Source: an uncultured Desulfatitalea sp. | Lineage (GTDB): Bacteria > Desulfobacterota > Desulfobacteria > Desulfobacterales > Desulfosarcinaceae | Assembly: GCA_963668675.2 (NCBI GenBank) | Contig: CAXXMB010000001.1 | Coordinates: forward strand, 1,280,001 to 1,344,000 | Length of the DNA stretch: 64,000 nt | Direction: 5' to 3' | Part shown: in pieces, positions 59,372 to 64,000 of the stretch | Layout: every line of letters begins with the position of its first letter | Position numbering within the stretch: position 1 is the first letter of the stretch | Notes under the pieces: generated by a model | What the model saw: only the letters and a program-made list of their open reading frames with translations | Databases searched by the model: none | Told to the model about the DNA's origin: nothing | Translations under genes and position numbers: made by a program

Positions 59372-59945
59372 CTATATTTTAAAACTGTTGACTATGCTGT
59401 TAAGTTTGGCCGCCAGACCTCGCAGGTCAGTGACACTGACCTTCATCTGATCGCTGCTATTAGCAATATCACCCGAACTTTGGCTTACTACCGCAATGTC
59501 ATCTGAAATCTCTTTTGAGGCTATAGAACTCTGATTGATGTTCTTGTTTACTTCTTGCATTCCTCGAGAAGCCTGAGAAATGTTGTCAGCGATTTTTCTC
59601 GTAACTGCAGACTGCTCTTCCACGGACGTGGCGATAGTGCCGAAATTTGGTTGACATTGTCAATCACACCGGAAATCTCGTTTATCCCCATTATTGTACT
59701 GCCTGTGCTGTCTTGGATATCCTTGATTTTAAATTTGATATCCAAAGTGGCTTCTGACGTTTGCTTTGCCATTTCCTTGATTTCATTTTCCACGACAGCA
59801 AATCCTTTGCCCGCATCACCATCCCTTGCGGCTTCGATGGTTGCATTTAAAGCCAGCAGATTGACTTGCTCCGATATCTCGATAATGGTTTCCACCACTT
59901 TTCCGATCCCATGGGCTGCCTCTCCAAGGCTATCCATCCGATGAA
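59372..59945 (-). pseudogene. Methyl-accepting chemotaxis protein fragment (5'-truncated, frameshifted)
   Basis: [34 protein letters not shown]; 1-nt deletion near 59644 splits NQI(V)[10 protein letters not shown]; no N-terminal sensor, TM or HAMP. Confidence 0.88.
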
Positions 59946-60150
59946 TAGCTTTTAGCCGAGGTTTTCCAATCAAATATTGTATTAGTTCAGCATACAGATG
60001 GTAGGATGAAATGCCTAACTGAGTAATATAATCGCCCATCTGAAAATAGACTTAAGGAAAATGGATTGAGTGCAAAGGTGAACTGGAAAGCACGACTTGA
60101 TGTTTTCGGTCCGGGCTTTCAACCAAAAAGGATCAGCCCGGACCGGATTG

Positions 60151-61101
60151 TTATTTGATGATCTCGGCGTTGCTTATAATGTAGTAGGGGATATCGGCAC
60201 CAATGCGTTCAGCTGTTTTTGTGTTTAGCTTGATTTTCTGCATACTTAAAGGCAAGGTCTTGGACGGCACGCTTGATGGTGCGCTACCTTTCAAAACCAG
60301 GTCGGCATTATTGGCTAACTCCATTCCTACGGAGTGATAGCTGGATACGACACCGATCATGGCACCGGATTCTAAATACTTCGGTAAAGCAGCATAAGTC
60401 GGTATATTCTTGTTGTTGATTTTCGAGATGATTGTTACGCCGTTGGTTTGGATGAAGCTGTCTGAGGGTAGGTAGATAAGCCCCGGTTTTTTTGAGATAA
60501 GATTTGAGACCGCGTTTTCAATGGATTGTTCAGAATCAACCGGCTCCGCTGCAAAGGCAACACCCTTTGCTTTTAATAATCTTCCCAACTCTTCCAACGC
60601 AATTTGGGAGTTTTTTTCAGAAGGGTTATACACCATTCCGACCGTTTTAAATGATCCCAAGCTTAAAAGAAAATCCACCTGATCTTCATAGGGGATAGCA
60701 TGGCTAACACCGGTGGTATTGTTGCCGGATGACTCCCAACTTTTTATAAGACCGGCTTTTACGGGGTTGGTTACAATGCCGTAAAAAATTGGTGTGTTCG
60801 TGACTCTTTTGGCTGCCTTCGTACTGACCGTTGTCCCGAAAGTATAGATAAAATCATATTGCGTTTCATCAAGGCTTTCCAAGAATCGGTCTAACTTCTC
60901 CTTGTCCTGGGCGGCATCGAATTCCGTTGCTGACACCTCATATCCCAATTGGGCAAGTCCGGCCCTGAATCCTTTGGCGCAATCGGTTTCACCACGCCAA
61001 TACATCATAAGACCCTTGACCGGTTTCGCCCACGCAATCGATCCAAAGTGAAATACCATCAAACTCATAGTTATGGCGATGAACATTTTTTTCAGTTTCA
61101 T
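60151..61101 (-). CDS. ABC_sub_bind-type periplasmic substrate-binding protein (orphan)
   Basis: Signal peptide (AWA-K), VTNPVKAGL, GNNTTGVS, YNPSEKNS, YLPSD. Confidence 0.85.
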   Translation of the reverse strand: MKLKKMFIAITMSLMVFHFGSIAWAKPVKGLMMYWRGETDCAKGFRAGLAQLGYEVSATEFDAAQDKEKLDRFLESLDETQYDFIYTFGTTVSTKAAKRVTNTPIFYGIVTNPVKAGLIKSWESSGNNTTGVSHAIPYEDQVDFLLSLGSFKTVGMVYNPSEKNSQIALEELGRLLKAKGVAFAAEPVDSEQSIENAVSNLISKKPGLIYLPSDSFIQTNGVTIISKINNKNIPTYAALPKYLESGAMIGVVSSYHSVGMELANNADLVLKGSAPSSVPSKTLPLSMQKIKLNTKTAERIGADIPYYIISNAEIIK

Positions 61102-61330
61102 TTTGTTTTCCCTTCTTGATTATTCTGGATCGTAAAAATTTGATCCCAATTATTCACAAAAATATGGATACCGTCCGGTTGTCAGCCAGAAGTCCACTCC
61201 AAAAGCATCTTTCATACAGTCGGTCTGCGAAGGAAAAACTTTAGGAAAAGTCGCTCAAAATTTGTATGCGCCACTATTTTCCATAACTATTAACAACCGC
61301 CAGCTTTTGATTCCAAAAAATCCTGTCAAT

Positions 61331-61456
61331 CCGAAATAACCCGATATAGCTTGATATATGGGATAACAAACCCGATATTCCCCGATATACCCAGTCCCCC
61401 CAAAACCCCATGTTACGGTGGTCATGTAAATTCCACCACACCACACATGGGGTTTT
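61331..61456 (+). promoter_or_regulatory. Helically phased repeats and RBS-occluding hairpin upstream of the head genes
   Basis: CCGA[A/T]AT-like units at 61331, 61341, 61351, 61372, 61382; perfect 12-bp inverted repeat AAAACCCCATGT/ACATGGGGTTTT. Confidence 0.55.
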
Positions 61457-61459
61457 ACC

Positions 61460-61678
61460 ATGACTTACACCCAAGAAGACCTGGCCACCCTCCGCGCGAT
61501 GAAGATGTCCCTGCTTCAGGGAAAGCGCGTGGTCCGTTCCGAAGTAGCCGGCAAGGCGCTGGAGTTTCAGGCGGTAAAGATCGCCGACCTGGATGCCGCG
61601 ATTGCCGCGGCCGAGGCCGAGTTGGGCACGGTTCCCCTGCGTACCTATGCTAAAAACGGAGGATCGGCCTCGTGCTGA
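61460..61678 (+). CDS. gpW-like head-to-tail joining protein
   Basis: 72-aa helix-hairpin-helix protein between terminase and portal, matching lambda A-W-B order. Confidence 0.75.
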   Translation: MTYTQEDLATLRAMKMSLLQGKRVVRSEVAGKALEFQAVKIADLDAAIAAAEAELGTVPLRTYAKNGGSASC

Positions 61679-63201
61679 CAGCGCTGACAAGCGGCATCGA
61701 CGCCCTTATCGGGCTGCTTTCGCCCGAGCGCGGCGTGCGGCGCATGATGGCCCGGGAAGTAATGGGCCATGCGCATCGCCTGGACCGGATCCGGCGCGAG
61801 ACCTATGCCGCGGCCAAGACCAACCGGCTGGTCGGGCCCTGGTCGCCTGGCAACAGCAATGTTAATGATATCATCGGAGCTTCTTCTTCCACGGTGCGCG
61901 CGAGGGTGCGCCAGCTGGTGCGCGACTTTCCCTATTTCGCCCGGGCGGTAAACATCATCGTGGACTACGTGGTAGGCGCCGGGATCGTCTACCAGGCCCG
62001 GGTCCAGGACGCATCAGGCAAGCTGGACCGCAAGACGAACCAGCGCATCGAGGACGTCATCAACCGCTGGGCGGACGAGGCGGACATCTCCGGCAAGCTG
62101 CACTTTTACGAGCTGATGCGCCTTTCCAAGCGACAGGACGTGGAGAGCGGCGAGTTTCTTTTGGTCAAGACCCGCTCGGACGATCGCCGGCGATTTTTAC
62201 CCTTCTGCCTGCAGGCCTACGAGGCGGACTGGTTATCGTCCAATAGGCTACGCAACGTGGCTTCCGGCAACGAGGTGGAGCAAGGCATCGAGTTCAATGC
62301 CGCCACCGGCCGGGTTATCGCCGTTCATCTCACCGATCCGGACAGCTGGGGCAAGACCCGGCGCATCCCGGCAGAAAACGTGATCCACGGCTTCGACATG
62401 CTGCGGCCCGGTCAGCTGCGCGGCATCTCTCCCCTTGCGCCGGCCGTGCTGGTTGCCCACAGCCTGCGAGAATACATGGAGGCCGAGATCGACGCGGCCA
62501 AGATGGCGTCCAAATACCTGGCCCTGATAAAGACCGGTACCCCGATGACCTTCCAGACCGGCGTGGGAGCGGTCACGGACAAGGAGACAAACAAAAAGAT
62601 CGAGGAGCTGGAAAACGCCATCATCCAGTACCTGCGCCCAGGAGAAGAGGTCACCTTCGCCCAGAACCCGCGACCAGGCGACAACTTTCCGCCCTTTGTG
62701 CGCCTGGTGCTGTGCATGCTGGCCGTCACCGCCGGCATCCCTTACGAGCTGCTCTCCGGCAACTACGAAGACATCAACTACTCCACGGCCCGCACCATCC
62801 GCAACGACTTCTCCCAGCAGCTGCGCCCGGTGTGCCGGCGCCACGTGCTGCAGTTCGGCCAGCCCATCGTCCGCGACGTCATCTCCGAGGCCTGGCTGTT
62901 CGGCCGCCTGGACCTGCCAGGCTTTGCAGCCGATCCGCGCCGCTATTTCAAAAGCGAGTGGCAGCCGCCGGGCATGGAGTCGCTCGATCCCCAGCGCGAG
63001 GGCAAAGCCCAGTCCGACGCGGTGACGAACCTGCTGCGTTCTCCCCAGGAGATCGTTCGCGGTCGTGGCCGTGAACTGGAAGATGTCTACAAAGAGATCG
63101 CCGATGCCAACGCCTTGGCCGGCGAGCTCGGATTGCAACTTCCCGCGGCGAAGACAACCAACACCAACCTGCCGGCCCAGGCGACCGCACAGGAGGCATA
63201 G
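61672..63201 (+). CDS. Portal protein, lambda family
   Basis: RARVRQLVRD, RPGQLRG, NYSTAR, DPQRE. Confidence 0.93.
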   Translation: MLTALTSGIDALIGLLSPERGVRRMMAREVMGHAHRLDRIRRETYAAAKTNRLVGPWSPGNSNVNDIIGASSSTVRARVRQLVRDFPYFARAVNIIVDYVVGAGIVYQARVQDASGKLDRKTNQRIEDVINRWADEADISGKLHFYELMRLSKRQDVESGEFLLVKTRSDDRRRFLPFCLQAYEADWLSSNRLRNVASGNEVEQGIEFNAATGRVIAVHLTDPDSWGKTRRIPAENVIHGFDMLRPGQLRGISPLAPAVLVAHSLREYMEAEIDAAKMASKYLALIKTGTPMTFQTGVGAVTDKETNKKIEELENAIIQYLRPGEEVTFAQNPRPGDNFPPFVRLVLCMLAVTAGIPYELLSGNYEDINYSTARTIRNDFSQQLRPVCRRHVLQFGQPIVRDVISEAWLFGRLDLPGFAADPRRYFKSEWQPPGMESLDPQREGKAQSDAVTNLLRSPQEIVRGRGRELEDVYKEIADANALAGELGLQLPAAKTTNTNLPAQATAQEA

Positions 63202-63203
63202 CC

Positions 63204-64000
63204 ATGAACCCGTCCGTCATTATACCGTTGACCGTTCGAAGCAAACCGCAACCCAAAGACATGCGCTACCGCACCATGAGCATACGCCTGGCCGGCGACG
63301 GAACGCCGGCCACCCTGGATGCCGACAGCCGCTCCTTCGAGGTGATCGGCGCCACCGAGGCGCCCGTGGAGGTGTTCGACTACGAGCGCCTCGAAGTGGT
63401 GCCCGAAATACTTCTCATGGACGGTTGCGAGATGCCCGGCAACCGCCAGGTGCCGCTGTTAGACACGCACAACCGTTGGGATACCGCCAGCGTATTGGGG
63501 TCCTATCGACAGATGGACGTCGCAAAGGACCAGCTTGTGGGGCGCGTATTCTTTTCCAATACGACCGAGGCCGAAAGCCCTTACACCAAGGCCCGCGAGG
63601 GCCACCTGACCGACTTTAGCGTCGGGTACCGCGTCATCGAAAGCCAGTGGGTGGACGCCGGACAGAAAGCCACCGTCCGGGGCCGCAGCTTCGAAGGTCC
63701 GCTGCGCGTCACCACCCGATGGCGGGTCAAGGAGCTATCCATTTGCCCCATCGGGGCCGACGAGGCGGCCAAGGCCAGAAGCCAACAACCCCCCAGTTCT
63801 CCCAACCACAAGGAGCAAAAGACCATGGACCCTCGATTGAGAGCCTATCTGGAGTCCCGAGGACTGTCCAAGGACGCCGACGAAGCAGCGGCCTGGACCT
63901 TTCTCGATCAACTGCGAACCGAAGACGCGGTCGCGGCCCAATCGCAGCGCACCGCCCAACCGGACCCCGACAACCCGGGCGCCGACCCCGACGTCGACGT
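63204..64000 (+). CDS. HK97-type prohead protease, possibly fused to the capsid; runs off the window
   Basis: Manual translation: AGGAGG RBS, MNPSVII..., VPLLDTH, DFSVGY, ELSICPIGAD; no stop seen before 64000. Confidence 0.85.
   Translation, partial: MNPSVIIPLTVRSKPQPKDMRYRTMSIRLAGDGTPATLDADSRSFEVIGATEAPVEVFDYERLEVVPEILLMDGCEMPGNRQVPLLDTHNRWDTASVLGSYRQMDVAKDQLVGRVFFSNTTEAESPYTKAREGHLTDFSVGYRVIESQWVDAGQKATVRGRSFEGPLRVTTRWRVKELSICPIGADEAAKARSQQPPSSPNHKEQKTMDPRLRAYLESRGLSKDADEAAAWTFLDQLRTEDAVAAQSQRTAQPDPDNPGADPDVD

Larger units (their letters stand above)
50126..64000 (+). mobile_element. Lambda-like (GpA terminase) prophage integrated at tRNA-Thr; continues beyond the window
   Basis: Phage primase, terminase, gpW, portal and prohead protease genes start just 3' of the tRNA. 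No integrase in the window. Confidence 0.9.

Overview
The window has two parts. Bases 1-50125 are chromosomal backbone from what is probably a sulfate-reducing deltaproteobacterium (Desulfobacterales-like; inferred from gene content, not a database match). Bases 50126-64000 are the left part of a lambda-like prophage (GpA terminase, lambda-family portal) integrated at tRNA-Thr(CGT). The chromosomal part holds a large signalling locus (about 2.0-28.0 kb): PilZ and cNMP proteins, a FlhG/MinD ATPase, mglB-mglA, and an atypical chemosensory operon. That operon encodes a CheA with three HPT and three pseudo-HPT domains (including an apparently identical 810-bp internal duplication), CheW, CheY, three CheB paralogues that each lack part of the catalytic triad, a zinc-ribbon ParA, a HAMP-only membrane protein, TauE and a nitrate/sulfonate-type ABC transporter. 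No cheR and no complete MCP are present. A sigma54 two-component pair and housekeeping genes follow (pfp, smc, ftsY, HU, acyP, NAD ligase, glyQS, recO, rodZ, surA, mfd). The prophage has a lambda cos-like site about 0.4 kb from the tRNA, a primase-helicase with a symmetric iteron origin, terminase, gpW, portal and prohead protease. It carries two antisense cargo inserts: an integrase-less integron cassette array (attI-like site, one complete attC, one truncated attC) and an ABC substrate-binding gene plus an MCP pseudogene. All calls come from reading motifs by eye; no searches were run.
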